The position numbers were made by a program, and so were the translations under genes. A stretch of DNA of 63,882 nt, the filler included, from Octopus bimaculoides (taxonomy: Eukaryota): assembly GCF_001194135.2 (NCBI RefSeq). It is 8 parts of 8 records of this genome, joined end to end, with 100 filler letters (N's around TTAATTAATTAA, not from the genome) between each part and the next. Parts side by side here need not be neighbours in the genome. Positions count along the whole stretch, not along the records: positions 61,716 to 63,882 come from NC_068994.1; 7 more parts are not named here. The stretch is one strand, 5' to 3'. Each line of letters starts with the position of its first letter. Position 1 is the first letter of the stretch. Shown in pieces: positions 63,558-63,882 of this stretch. Below the pieces are notes generated by a model. It worked only from the letters and a program-made list of their open reading frames with translations, had not been told where the DNA came from and did not search any database.

Positions 63558-63882
63558 AAGACATCACCCTCCCTGGATTGAGCCTCTGTCTCACAGGATT
63601 TAGCCTCCTCATTCTTGAATTATTCTATTCCAGATAGATTAATTATGATTTCTATGGTCAAAGGGGACACAGCTCTTAGTTTTCTTTCCTTTCTTTTCCT
63701 GTTTATTTATACTTCAACTTCTCATCCCACATTTTACATCAACCTTCTCATTTGTTTTTCTTATGTTTTCTCATGTATCAGCATCCAGGTTTTCAAATAC
63801 GATTAACCATGTCAACTAAAACCTTGTGATTGGATTTAGTAGATGGAAATTGAAAGAAGCACATCGTATGTATATATATATA

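Overview
AT-rich, microsatellite- and SINE-saturated eukaryotic draft-assembly window, most likely an octopus (inferred from the repeat families and microsatellite density). It has many N gaps, seven of them 100-nt unsized joins carrying an artificial six-frame-stop linker (TTAATTAATTAA). Three protein-coding genes are partly visible once splice sites are read by hand. (1) A minus-strand SLC16/monocarboxylate-transporter gene: 4 exons, 7932-11543, first coding exon not found. (2) Three plus-strand internal exons of a choline transporter-like SLC44A1/CTL1 gene, 31375-34837. (3) The 3' end of a plus-strand single-pass membrane protein: two cadherin/bacterial-Ig-like (Big_9/Cadherin_5-type) domains, an atypical EGF and a TM helix (37828-38772). 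Its stop codon overlaps a splice donor that is in phase with a previously hidden 154-aa cytoplasmic terminal exon (44658-45123). The rest is transposon debris: R4/Dong and RTE LINEs, Penelope-like fragments with decayed hammerhead-ribozyme motifs, a mariner fragment, an hAT element with a perfect 8-bp TSD inside a higher-order minisatellite, foldback/MITE elements, and three tRNA-derived SINE families. Nearly all long ORFs in the supplied track are microsatellite or N-gap artefacts. No CRISPR array or prokaryotic system is present. All homology calls are from remembered motif similarity, not database searches.
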